Below, piece after piece: positions 51,747-64,000 of a stretch of 64,000 bases of DNA (the stretch's first letter is position 1; the number at the start of each line of letters is the position of its first letter). The position numbers were made by a program, and so were the translations under genes. Origin of the DNA: Azolla caroliniana (Eukaryota; Plantae; Polypodiophyta); assembly GCA_043228905.1 (NCBI GenBank), contig JBHGNT010000018.1, forward strand, positions 6,076,001 to 6,140,000, in the 5' to 3' direction. The notes below the pieces were generated by a model. It did not search any database. It was given only the letters and a program-made list of their open reading frames with translations, and was not told the DNA's origin.

Positions 51747-53625
51747 AATCGATGCATAGCAGCTAATGTCCATTGGCTCTTTATTTGAAATACGTTGCAC
51801 GACAGTCTTTTAACGCTTTATGGATATTAGTTGCACCCGACAAAATGATGAAACCACCCCATGTATGTGTGTTGCTTCTTCCTTAATAGGATGTTTTATA
51901 AGGCTCATGTTTATGGTGTTAAATTGATGCATACCGTCAATCGGCAGGTTGTGGCAATTAGGTTGCATGAGTTTAAGTCAGGTTTATTTTTGACAACCCT
52001 CTGTAAAACTCATCACTTGATTTTTGTAGACCCCGAATTCCATTGCAAGCTCCAAATTTATCTAGACAATCTTAGTATACCCAAACTTTCATCGGGAGCT
52101 TCAAATTTATGTGACGGAAACATCAAGCCACACATAATTGTTAATGTATACACTCTAATATTGGCTTACTCTAATGTGTCAACCTCACATTATATGATAT
52201 CTCATGTCCACTTGTTTTCTTTCTTTGAATGTCACCATGTCTTTGCTTTTTCGATTGTCAAGTGATTATATTGTTCTTGCAATAAGAGAAGAGAAACCAG
52301 AAATGTATTCATGAGATTTAATACTTTATGATGAGAGAAACTTTAGTAGAAAGATAGAAGTAAAAAATATTAGAAATTAGCTTAATGTGCTCCATGAGAT
52401 TAATCCCAAAAGAATAGCTAATCGCTTTGGCCTTTATTGATTTCTTGATTAACCAATATCGTGTTCCTTTTATAAATTTTGTAAGTGGCAAAATTTGGCC
52501 CATGTAAGATTCAAATGATTCAAGCGCACGACCCTCATGTTACTAATGAGACACTTTAACTAACTAGGTTAACATGTTTGGAGATATGTTTTCTTTTTTT
52601 CCATGAAAGATTTTCTTCAATAGTATTAAAACATCGAGAAAGTACAAGTGAAAGTTATATGGCCGTAGGTTTACAACGTAATGTATGTACACCTAGTTTG
52701 GAGATATGTTTTTATATACTTCTTTTTGCCTTTTCTATACAATATTCTTCTCCTCCCTGCCCCTTCCGCTCAACAAGAAGTAAGTAGCCTATACCACCAT
52801 TTATTCACCCCATATCCCAGGTGCAACACAATAACGTGTCTGTCCAATGTTATTACAAGGCCAACGTTAACAATAGTGGAAACTCTCAAAATATGATTTT
52901 ATGTATGATAAATTCCAAACTATGGTGGCTTATTATCAAGATTGTCTATTCCTATTTAGGTATACACAAGTTCAATTTAAGCATCGCAATTATAAGAAAC
53001 ATTACAAATTAAATTCATTTCCTCCAATAGCAGATTCGTAATGTCATTATACAAATTAAGCTAATTTCCTCAAATAGGAGATTTGTAATGTCGTTAAGTA
53101 GAAGTAAAAAATTAGCAATTTAAGTCTATACATACATTGACCAACTAGGGCATGGTTGCATTCTAATGTGCGAGGAGTTGGTAACCAAATCTCATACTTA
53201 GCAAGAGGGATATTGTCCTATTCTTCATAGACTACCACTATGTGCTTCACCTCAATTTTTGTTCTTCATAGACTAACATTATGTGTTTCGCCTCAATTGT
53301 GTTGATGCGTCACTAGGAATTGTCTCTCCTGCTTAATTTCTCAAGTGATGAGGAACCTACCTTTTTTTCGACTAGTGTTTCGTGAACCAACATGTGGTAA
53401 TAGTGGCCATAGAAGCCAAAAGTTTGACGTGACTTTCCAAAGGCTTTTTTTTTAGCGGTATATTATTATTGTCCACGCACATGGGCGAGGCCGTCCCCCA
53501 TCTGCCAAGCAGTTTGTAGCTTTCCAAGGGTATGTGTGTAGAGTCCCATTTGTCCGCGTTCTTGTCCATGAAGATGGGGCGGCGAGAGACCGACCCGGCC
53601 CCGGCCAAACCTCCCAACTTGATTT

Positions 53626-53895
53626 CGTGTGTGTGTGTGTGTGTGTGTTTTTTTTAGTTTCACATGGACAGACAGAACCCATGGGTAGATTGATGGATCG
53701 ATCACACACACATACATACACAGGGGGAAAGTAAAAAAGATAGAAAGAAAAGAACAGAACAGAACAGAACAAAACCAAAACCAAAACCAAAAAGGAGTCT
53801 CTTCTCTGCTCTGCTCTGTTCTGTTCTGTTCTGTTCTGCTCTGTTCTGCTCTGCTCTGGCCAAGAAGAAAACCTTACACAATAGAGAGAGAATGT

Positions 53896-53940
<45 letters not shown>

Positions 53941-54225
53941 CTAAACACTAGCAGTAGGCAGGCTCTAAACCCTCTCTCTCTATCTCTCCTCTCTCTTTCT
54001 CTCTCTCTCTCTCTGTCTCTGTCTCTGTCTCTGTCTCTGTCTCTGTCTCTCTCCTTCTGTCTGTCTGCATCTGTGTGTGACTGTTTTAGCTAGGTAGCTA
54101 TGTCCACGTACATAGCTATACTGTATACATACATACATATCTACCTGTCCATGTCCCTTGCTTGCTTGATTTGATACGCAAGGTATTTTAGCCATCTCTG
54201 TCTCTGTCTCTGTCTCTGTCTCTAC
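53626..54225. repeat. Microsatellite cluster upstream of DUF1191: (GT)n, (AGAAC)n, (CTGTT)n, (GA)n, (CT)n, (CTGTCT)n
   Basis: Visible. Confidence 0.95.
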
Positions 54226-54285
54226 TATCTCTATCCCTCATCCTCTCTCATCTGGCTGCAACCCATCCATCTCTGCAACCCAGAA

Positions 54286-55413
54286 ATGGTGAGGCCCCTG
54301 CTCCTCCTCCTCACCATCGCCATCGCTATCATCTCCATCACTTGTCGCCCCTGCAGGAGCAGCAGCAGCAGCAGCAGCAGTATTAGCCCTGCAGACATGG
54401 TTCAGAACTCCGTGAGACGGCAAGGTATCGACACCTCTCTCCTCAAATATACCTTCCTTGCCCTTGCCCAGTACGACAACCAGAATCCATCTTCTTCCTC
54501 CTCTGATAGCACTGTCTACACCATCAATCTCATCCCTTCTCTGGGCGGAATCTCGGCTCAGGCCCGCCGCATCTCATCGCTGTCCAACCTGCAGAAGCAG
54601 GGCCTCACCTTCAATGAATTCTCCCTCCCTGCTGGATCGCCTTCCATCACTCTTCGAAATCCTTCTTCCCCTGCTACTTTGATCGATGATGATGATGATG
54701 ATTCTTCCCGACCCCTCCTCCTCATCTACCGCAGGATCTTCAACTTCACCGTCTACTCCCTGCCTCCTGCCTACGATTTTGCAGGCCCCATCGTCGGGAT
54801 CATCGCCTTCTCCCCTCCCAATTTCACCGCCTACGATCCCTCCCTCCCCCAGCTCACCATCGCCAGCTCCCTGAAGATCACCATTCATGCTCCCCGCTAT
54901 TCTTCCCTCCCCTCAACCTCCCCTGTTCCTCTTTGCGCTCTCTTCTCCGCCAACGGCTCTGTTTCCTTCACCGCCATGGCTGCTCCTCCCAATGTCTGTG
55001 CCTTCGATACCTTCGGCGATGTCGCATTGGTGATCTCATGGCCCCAGGATAATCCCCCGCCTGGGCAGCCCCAATCTGAGACTGGGCAGCAAAATAGCCC
55101 CTCTTCATCATCATCATCATCATCATCAGCATCAGCTGTGTCTAGTTCGAATTCCCATTCATCAGCCAAGTCGAATAATCATTGGAAGCTTGCTCTTGGA
55201 GTGACTTGCCTCACCCTTGCAGGCATAGCTTTTTGTGTGGTCCTTGTCATATCCAGCATCGGATTCGTTAGGAGATTGAAGGTTTCCATTTTGGCACGAT
55301 TCACTGGTAATGAAGAGGCCCTTCAGACATCTTTGATCGGAGTGAGCAGAGCACCGACTGCAGCAGGTGTCCGGACAAAGCCTGCTCTGGAGATGGACAT
55401 GGCAAGTTTCTGA
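54286..55413 (+). CDS. Plant-specific DUF1191-family single-pass membrane protein (375 aa)
   Basis: Signal peptide, GISAQARRI..SL...G..FNEFSLP, LLIY..FN...YSLP..Y....PIVGIIAF, CxxF..NG..C, a TM helix, and the C-terminal EEAL...IG.SRAP.A..RT.P.LE typical of DUF1191. Confidence 0.85.
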   Translation: MVRPLLLLLTIAIAIISITCRPCRSSSSSSSSISPADMVQNSVRRQGIDTSLLKYTFLALAQYDNQNPSSSSSDSTVYTINLIPSLGGISAQARRISSLSNLQKQGLTFNEFSLPAGSPSITLRNPSSPATLIDDDDDDSSRPLLLIYRRIFNFTVYSLPPAYDFAGPIVGIIAFSPPNFTAYDPSLPQLTIASSLKITIHAPRYSSLPSTSPVPLCALFSANGSVSFTAMAAPPNVCAFDTFGDVALVISWPQDNPPPGQPQSETGQQNSPSSSSSSSSSASAVSSSNSHSSAKSNNHWKLALGVTCLTLAGIAFCVVLVISSIGFVRRLKVSILARFTGNEEALQTSLIGVSRAPTAAGVRTKPALEMDMASF

Positions 55414-57126
55414 TGCTATATATATATATAACTGATTCTATTACAACAGGAGCTATTTGCGCACGCCTTGGCGTTATGAATTTGTTGGGATTAATTAAAG
55501 GCCATATCCGCATGTTTGATGCACAGTGAGAAGGGAATGCTTTCATTGATGTGTCACACTCTCTGTGTATGTTATGTGGATGGGATACTATCAACATAAG
55601 CTTTTTGGGCTCCTTTTAAGACACCCCAAACTGTTGTAACATTTCTTCAAAGATAGATAGCTGATCATCAGATGATTTTTGTTTAATTAATTACATCATT
55701 CATTTTGCATATACACCATACCCAAACAGAGTAATGAATTTATTCAGTTCACAACACATCGTTTTTCTACAGCTATAATATCATGTATTTATCAGAGAGT
55801 TATCTTTGCCTAATGGGTTGTCTCTGAGGCTGCCATAGCTATCTAGTCAATGGGTTGTGTTTCATTTGTTATTAACTCAATTCTCTAACCACAACTCAGA
55901 AATTTCACGTCACGGATCTAATGAGATTAGCAGTGAAAAGAGCTCTGTCCAACTGTATCTGCTAATAGTAAATACACTGCATCGTATAGGGCCTAGACCT
56001 GGACACTGCTAAATTCTATCTGGTATTGGTCACCCCTCTATGGAATCATACGGGACTTCAAAGATCAGGAAAGATCTCGTATCCTGTCGGACAGTGCTAA
56101 GGGACATATACATGCTGTAGATACATCATTTCTAACCCATGGAGCCATTCTTCCCTCAGTTCTATCCTTAACACCAAAACATAAATGTTATACTCTCCTC
56201 TTCACTGTGGCAGATGATCAACCATACCACGCTTCATTGAAAAGATTTTGCTCAGACTTAAAATCATTACCAATACGACACATTTCCATTAACTCATTAA
56301 ACATTACACAGAATGTAATGATTTGAAGAGCACATAATCTATTTTGAACTGGCGTTAATTCCATTAACCATGCACACATCAACAATCCTTCAGTGAAAGC
56401 ACATTAACAACCTAGACAAATATTGAGACTATAGAATACTTCATTGAACCAAATAGCATGTATAAGATGAATTGGCTCAAAGTATATTCATGAATTACAT
56501 TGAATTATGAGCTCAATGTAATTTATACTGCACATAGTTATGTATTAAAACAAGGAAACATATCCGTTAATCTTGCCCTTGTCACATTATCCTTTGAATT
56601 TACTTGTTCAACACTCCACAGAATTGTTTCAAAGATTCGTCATTTTGTTGTGTTTCCTTGACATCCTTAGTCCAAGGATCTTCTATGTTTTGGCACTAAA
56701 AGCAATGACATCCAAAATACAAACTAAAATACTGCGCACATAATGAATTTGTCACAAACACTCGTGGGGATTCCTTCAAGTACATAACACATTGCTCAAG
56801 GGTCTGGGTTTATCTCTGATTATACAACTGCAAAAACGTCTAGGAAAAAATGAATTTAAATATTGATGCAACATTCCATTACATCCTGAAGGTTCATGTG
56901 CTCCTTGTCTGTATTCTGAGTTTATATGCAGCTCAGAATTTTAGATGAATGCATAGAACATTCTAACTTGCCAGGAAGATGACCATCAAGTTAATCCTCA
57001 AGGACGCTGGTTGGAAATTTTTTCTGGCACAAACAAACCCATAAAAAATATGTGAATTAAATTTTTTTGGAATAGTTCAAACTAATTACATCAATCAAAT
57101 CTTTTCATTTAAATTTTAATTTACAG

Positions 57127-60100
57127 TTATGTTTTCCCCAGAAAACGGGTACCATGAGATTGTTGTTTCAATCGGTGTAATATGTGTAAGCAATATCCTC
57201 CTGCGAAAAGACCTGCTATTGAAAGACCAAATATCTTGTTGTTTTCGAGACGCTGGAACATACTGCCCTGCAAATGAATCATATTGCATACGTTTATTAT
57301 TACTCTTCCTTAATGTAAGAAGATTAGTTATCACTTCATAAATGAATCTGCAATTGTTTACATTGACAAGGACGAAGACACTAATAGCATTTGCAGGCAC
57401 TTGAAATAAAGTTATGATTCCCGCTCGATGTTCAGCAGGAATATACCTAACAAAAACAGAAAACGCAATAGAAAATATGTCAAGCATGCCCAATGGTGAG
57501 TAAATAGGAAATGGGAATACTAAACAATCTTTAACTTACAAACTCCGTAGCCGTGCAAGCAATGGCCAAGCAATTCCATAGCTTATGTGGAAGACACAAA
57601 AAACAAATGCAAGCACCCCAATCTCCTGTACAATAAACCATGTCACAATTAGGCACATCAAACTGAAAGTGGTTAACAATCATTGAAAGAAATTTCTGGT
57701 TGAATAAGCCATCGCATATCTGCTTGAAAAGAAATATACTTGAAGAAACTCCTGCAAGAATAGGTGATCAAACTTTCAAAATAACTGCTTAAAAGTTATA
57801 TTTTTTTGCAAGGATAATGCATCCACACCTGATAGTCATAAGCTGGCACTGCAAATGCCAATGCAGCAGAAACAAAAATCCAGCGGAGGAAATCTTCTGG
57901 GTGGATATTCCAAGGCCCAGAAAGAACCATAGCTGATATAACACTGCCTAGCATCTGGCAGGCCATTAATGCTGGAAAGAGCATACCCGCATGAATCCCC
58001 CGCCCATCTGCCTACAGGCATCTAACATCTTTTTTAATGGAAGGTGGAGCATGAGACTTTGCAAAATTCACACCATATTTTCCATTAGTGTGCAAAACCT
58101 CACCACTAGAGTTGGCGTCCATAGGAACCAGAAAACAGTGTTTGCAAAGTTGAGGCTTGCATGAGCACATCCAAGGGCCATGACTTTCTTATCTGGAGGA
58201 AACGTCGCAGATTAAGCCTACATCAAAAAAATAGTTTCTGTTTATCAAATTCTAAAATGCCTTACCATGGAGAATCCGGAAGGTGGCCCTCACTGTTCCC
58301 AAAAACCTACCATGTGAAGATACAGTATTCTCTTCCCACAAGAGAAAAATACCAAGGGCTGCCAATCCAGCTCCCAGTGCAGCTATAACTGTTGGGACTG
58401 CCATTCCAGCTGAATGCTGTGCCACTACAAAGTTGGCAAGGCCACCTGAACCAATAGCAACCACTGCAGCTCCAAAACTCATTATCCAGAAGGTGTCGTT
58501 AATCCATTCTTGCCTAAAACCCGACTGAAAAATAATTTGATAAACGTTTATGCAAATGTTTTTCGTGACATGATCCACACAAATAAAAACAGAATTTAAA
58601 AAATCGATGAAATCAATGTAAAACTAGATCCTTATTCGCCTCATCCTATCCAAAAAATATATTTAGATTCATATCTGTCAAGTATACTCAGCAACATGTT
58701 CAGCTTCTATCATTTTTTCAGAGACTGATAAACAGACCTGGTCAAAAAGTTTGGTGGAAATCCTTTGTAGGAATTATACAGGAGTATATGTCGAAAATTG
58801 TTTCTATACTTTTACAATATATGGAGGTGTAACACACATACGTTGTTGTGAAGCAATCGCTTCATGATACAGCGGTCTGACGCATCAAGCATGAACTTTA
58901 CGACAACATATTGAAGACTCATTTTCATGAGTGTTGTTCCATTAATTTTGTACAATCCAGGCAGCAGCGTTGCAACAATCCCAAATAGAAACTTAAGTGG
59001 ACAAGGTTTGACTTTATGATCCTACACTTTATCAGACTTACTAATATAATTTGTGTAATTCAAGTTCCAGAATAGCACCAAACCCACGTCAGTTATTCAA
59101 AACGAATATATTACCAAGGACAATACAAGATTGACGGACAAAAGCAACTCTATAAGTATGGTTCTGCAACAAAAAGGAACCGTTTTGGCATTTCATATTT
59201 TTACTTCCCCATGATCTATTAGGGAATATTTTATGAATTATAAAAGCAGACCTAACATTGAAAGTATCCTTTTGAGTGTTATCGCTCATTCACATTTAAG
59301 ATTTCTTATTCTTGCTGCATAGTATCATTTACACAACAAAAACGTAATGAGTACCCTCTTTAACAAATTAAACCTGTCTGAGACATGTAATAGTGAACCA
59401 TCAGATGGTCCAATGAGAATTATTGATGAACGTTTTCTTTATAAAGTCCATGATAGATAATGTTTATTACAAAATCAGATAAGAGAAATCTTATAAACAT
59501 CAGAGTCAATCCCCACTCTTAAAAACTTGTTTCATATAGAAATAAAATGAAAGGCTTTGGTTGATCTCCTGTTCATTATCATTTATAATCTCAAAATTTT
59601 CCATTACTATTGACAGCCATATGTTCTAATTTATTTTCATGCTAGTTAAATCACTTCTATATGACATTTCAAAACATTGAACATACCTTCTCGTGCTCAG
59701 TAACGAACCAGCTTTCAAATGTGGATGATAGCAATGTAGTTGCAAGCCCTTGAAATATACTACTGTTCCATAGTAATGAAGAACTTGTTTTCTTGAGTAA
59801 GGCCCCAAATATTTGTATCAAACAATAAATCAGACACGCTTTTTTTCGCCCGCTGGTCAGCAAGAAGCAGCACAATTAAATAATGGTGTTGTAAAATATC
59901 CACATCATTCAGCAAATGGCATCATTATTAACATAAGAATCATCAATTATGCCAGAGAAACGATGGGCAATCCTATAAAATTTATTACAAATATTTTAAA
60001 ATACAACAAGACCTCACACCATTTCAGACAAAATAATATGCATGTCTTTATTTATCCACTAATCCTTATCCAGTACTAATTAATTAATGCTTCATAAAAT

Positions 60101-62209
60101 TATAAGCCAAGTACCTTATGTTTAGCAAAGACATTAATTTCAATTTATTAAGATCATGAGCACACCCAGTCTCCATAGATCCCTACGATAAATTCATTAT
60201 GAAAATATAACCGATCTAGTTCATGGGAAAATCTCAAGCAAGAGATATATTTGAGAATAAAAATAGGATGTAAATTTGTGCGATGTTGATTTAACTCAAC
60301 ATAGAAGTATCTTGAATAATGTCACAATTACATCAGACAACGGCGTGCATATTCAGAGTTTGTTTATTTACGATGTGCGCACCACTTTAGAGAAAACAAA
60401 AAGTAACAATTGATGATGGCTTTATACCTCAGCAAATACTGCACAAACAACTTCCAGGATGTTCTCTTCTATGCATGTGTCATTTGAAATTTGAAGAAAG
60501 ACACGGTTACATAACTCTTGCTTGTCTCTATGTATGAGACCTCTTCTAACTTTGACAACTGACAGCATTGAAGTTTACCAAGCTACAACAATACAAAACT
60601 CTCCCAGTACAAAACTCATTCCACTTAACTATGTGCCTACTATACCATGGTATGGTAAACAATGACATGCACTATATATGTGCATGGAGCACATGGGTGT
60701 AACAAAACAGAAACTTCTTGGACTCTTCCTATTTAGAGCTCCCACAAAAATTACATTACATATATTAACCCACCAGAGCAGATGCCAGAATCTAATATGT
60801 TGTCATTCAGGAGAGACACACACTAATATCCACAACACAAATGATTTCAGGGTATCTGCCAGCAGTGAAAGCATTAATATTGCACATTCTCCAGAATAGG
60901 TTATGTTGGCTGCAGATGGAATCAGATCAAGGGCATGTATGTCAAGGATGAGCAGAGTAGTAGCAAACCTCAACCATAGATGTTAATTGCAAGCCAAAGT
61001 GCCAAAGGTCAATATTAGACAAGCATTGGCATTCCACATTGTTGGCAACATTTCAAAAATTAACTATGACAGTTCAACCACAAAGTTCACCCCTAAACCT
61101 TAGGCAATTCAAGCCAGTTCTAGACATGTACCATGAGTAACACTGTATTATGGACTAAGTAAGACCTCAGGATGGGGATATTGGTATCCTCGATTGTAAA
61201 GTAATCATCATACCTCCTCCAAAGCTCATTAATTTTTATTATTCAGGAAGCCTCTTCTAATCATTGACCTTTGCTATACATATTGTATTAATATGTCAAC
61301 CAATGTCAGAGCTATTTAGACAATGAGTCCACCTAGCAACTTATAAAAGCTGCCAATTTTTCGAACAAAAATATGAATCATTAATTTCCTCCAGAAGCCA
61401 AGTATGATTCAGTAGTGGTGATCATGGATATGCATTCAGTCGTCTTGGAATTACGATGCAATAAAAATGATGTGTTCTTCTACCTTACAAACGTGATAGA
61501 TCCAAAACCAAATTCGTTTGGGCGGCAGTTATGCTAACTTAATAAGGAACGGATCATTATATGGCAGCTATTTCAAGAGCTAGACTCTTGATAGAAAGAA
61601 TTCATTTAGAAATTTATTAAAAACGAGTATTTTGTTCACTTTTTCAGTGGAAAAACTTCATTTTCACCAACAAGAATCTCAAAAATTTGCAAGGAAGAGA
61701 GAATGGAAAACCTACATGTGATCTGCAAGAATCCCTAGAAACGGGCCGATGAATAGGGAAGCAAGGTGAACGATGACAAAGTACAATGCGATCTCAGACC
61801 TTGTGAAACCGCCCTTATATTCAAGATACGACTCCCCATATACGAGCTGGAGATCTTCCACAGCTGTGCAGCAGTTTTGTTCAATGTGGATGAGATACTT
61901 CAGAAAGAAAGGGGAAAAAAAAAGTAAAAGAGGAAGGGGGAACAGATTAAGCGTATGAATGATGGATATCATCTGATCTTTACCCGAGGCGAGGAAGAAA
62001 AACGCGAGGAAACGACGCTGTAAGAAGAGGAAAGGGGCGGGAAGGAGAAGAGAAATGAAGGGCGAGGAGGATTTGATGTCCTTGTCCTTGACGTCTTTGG
62101 GCGACAGGATCCTGCTGCGGTACAACAGCAGAGCTGCAGAGAGCGTGAGGAGGCAGGGATAGAGCCATGGCGGCGTCCTCCACACGTCTTCTTCGTCTTC
62201 TCCTTCCAT
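57127..62209 (-). CDS. MOT2: MFS_5 (MOT2/MFSD5-family) molybdate-anion transporter, 460 aa; exons 62209-61984, 61863-61716, 59852-59687, 58524-58266, 58192-58104, 58011-57829, 57625-57540, 57446-57362, 57267-57127
   Basis: Motifs: LQRRFL..F, GILADHIGRKKAC, LLSSTFESWFVTEHEK, WINDTFW, FWFLWTPTLVADGR, LARLRSLYIPAEHRAGI..LF.VP.N. All GT-AG with consistent phases (1383 nt). Substrate inferred from the family only. Confidence 0.88.
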
Positions 62210-62282
62210 CTCCTGCTTCCTTCTTCTTCCTCAGGGTACCTGTCTCTCTGTCTGTCTGATTGACCTTAGAGACAGAATGAAA

Positions 62283-62339
62283 GCATGCGTGTTGTTCATG
62301 TGATGCATGCATGCATGCATGCATGTGTTGTTCATGTAC

Positions 62340-62370
<31 letters not shown>

Positions 62371-62373
62371 TGT
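62283..62373. repeat. (CATG)n and (TATG)n microsatellites upstream of the transporter ATG
   Basis: Visible. Confidence 0.9.
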
Positions 62374-62407
62374 AGCTCGTGTCTATTCTGCATCAAATCA
62401 TAAAGAA

Positions 62408-64000
62408 GGGTTGGCGAGGGAATCGCGGCCATAGACGGTGCAGGTTGCTCAGAGGAAGGCGCGTGCGATCTGCACCGTCAGATTTCGATAAGAAAGAACA
62501 CGCGAAAAAAAATAAAAATTGTCAAAGGTCACCCAACTCTGACCGTTGCAAGTCGCCCAACCCTGACCTTTGCATGTCACCATACCGTTGCAGGTCGCCC
62601 AACCAAATGTGTCATTTCGACCAAAATCTTCAAATAAGCTTGATCATTACCCTTAAAACTTACAATAACATATCAAACAGTCACAAAATCCAACCTTAAA
62701 CTATTCAAAATCGACGATCTTCACCATACTTCACATAAAACAAATAATCATCTTAAAACATAAAAGTTAAAAGTTAAAAAACATAAAACTTAAAAAAAAT
62801 ATCAACTTATAACATACTTGAAACATGAATCAAAATATGACATACTTGAAACATAAATCTACATACGACATATTTGAAACATAAAACTTAAAACATAAAT
62901 TAGCATATGACATACTTGAAAAATAAATCAACATATTACATCCTTTGAACATAAATCCACTTTAAACATCGTAAACCCAAATCAAAATAGGACATACTTC
63001 AAACAGGGTTGCATGATCTATAAAAGGCAACGACCCTTCCTCTCAATAATCATCCGGATGCCGAGTAAATGCTTACATTTACTCGTAGGGTCTTGTCAAT
63101 CACAATATGAGCATTGGAGCGATACATTATACCATACATTCGGTTTTGTCAAGCTCAATATTTTAAACCAATATCGGGGCTTGTCCACAATATGCATTGT
63201 CGCATCATTAGTTTCATACCTCTCTAGTAGCCTCTCGGCCTCTTTAAGTGTTGTTGTTTGATCCCTACAATTTGCATGCCACATCGTTGCTTGTACCATT
63301 CAATAACAGTGCCCCCGATGCAAGTGCCAGTTTGATTGTCCCCGATTAAAACATGCACAAGATCGGTAATTGATAGGTTTATCCTCTCTCTCAGGGCAGT
63401 ATATTTGATAAACTGCCAATGTCTCTCAACAAGATTGGTAGTGTCAACATGTCCGTAGTTGAACATTCTACCAAATTTGCGCCACAGTTTCCTCCACACA
63501 CATGTCAAGCCACACCATTCTCCTTCTATATATTGCCAAACACCTGGTTTGTTTGCATACTCTACCTTTAACCCCTCACATTGGGTATTGTATGTGGATT
63601 CTGTAATGCATTGCATGAGTTGGCACCTCCGATTATAAAGATGGTTTCTCTCAATTGCACTTACCTTTGGCAACAAGTTGTCCAACCATGTTTTTTTTGC
63701 ATGGAGCTAACACAACAAAAGTCGACAATGTGTTTGCGACCTTTGCCCATTTGTAACAATCCAAGATAATCAATCTGTTGCAACCACATTACTTATGGCA
63801 TTATATGATGTCCAACTTTTATCGATGACTATGGCATTTGGCCTCACATTGGGCATCTGTGTGAATATGACTCTAAAGCAAGTTTCTAAAGCTACTTGCT
63901 CATGGTTAGACCCCTTATCAAAACTACATATCATGTACCATAATGGGATACCAACTCCCATGGGATTTGGAGTCACAACTGCATATAATGGCAAGCCAAA
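62408..64000 (-). mobile_element. Mutator-like (MULE) DNA transposon remnant with subterminal repeats; continues beyond the window
   Basis: PNAIVIDKSWTSYNAI (MULE catalytic D), LLC*LH (CxxH), DTTNLVERHW (TNNxxE), SWIM-like CSYCD*..CKHL. Repeats of ~24 bp at 62525-62605 and ~30 bp ACATACTTGAAACATAAA at 62810-62955. Left boundary approximate. Confidence 0.8.

Noticed and set aside
52985-53300. Two local tandem duplications (~48 bp and ~41 bp); similar ones at 3067-3139, 3430-3495 and 44113-44181
   Set aside because: Ordinary two-copy slippage/repair duplications with no sign of function.
62750-62960. CRISPR-like repeat array
   Set aside because: Eukaryotic context, degenerate repeats with related spacers and no cas genes; these are transposon subterminal repeats.

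Overview
Eukaryotic land-plant genomic DNA, most likely from a non-seed plant (fern or lycophyte), inferred from a self-priming Tcn1-type chromovirus and the gene content. Four host genes are well supported: an FPF1-like gene (10811-11269 +), a 7-exon glutamate receptor-like (GLR) channel with a long C-terminal tail (46143-51746 +), a single-exon DUF1191 membrane protein (54286-55413 +), and a 9-exon MFS_5 molybdate-anion transporter (57127-62209 -). About 12.5-45 kb is a nest of transposons. A palindromic foldback element is split by a Ty3/gypsy element, which itself contains a solo LTR and a young Athila-like element. After that come a decayed tandem tRNA-Leu array, two truncated Ty1/copia elements, a Tcn1-type chromovirus and another solo LTR. 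LINE remnants and a MULE transposase remnant also occur. Top finding: the young Athila-like element (17748-27923 -) has no polypurine tract. In its place is a second, antisense tRNA-Arg-type primer-binding site with the same 5-nt spacer to the LTR as its normal PBS, suggesting that both DNA strands are primed by tRNA (or a tRNA mimic). All calls were made by eye. tRNA and family identities come from remembered consensus sequences, not from database searches.
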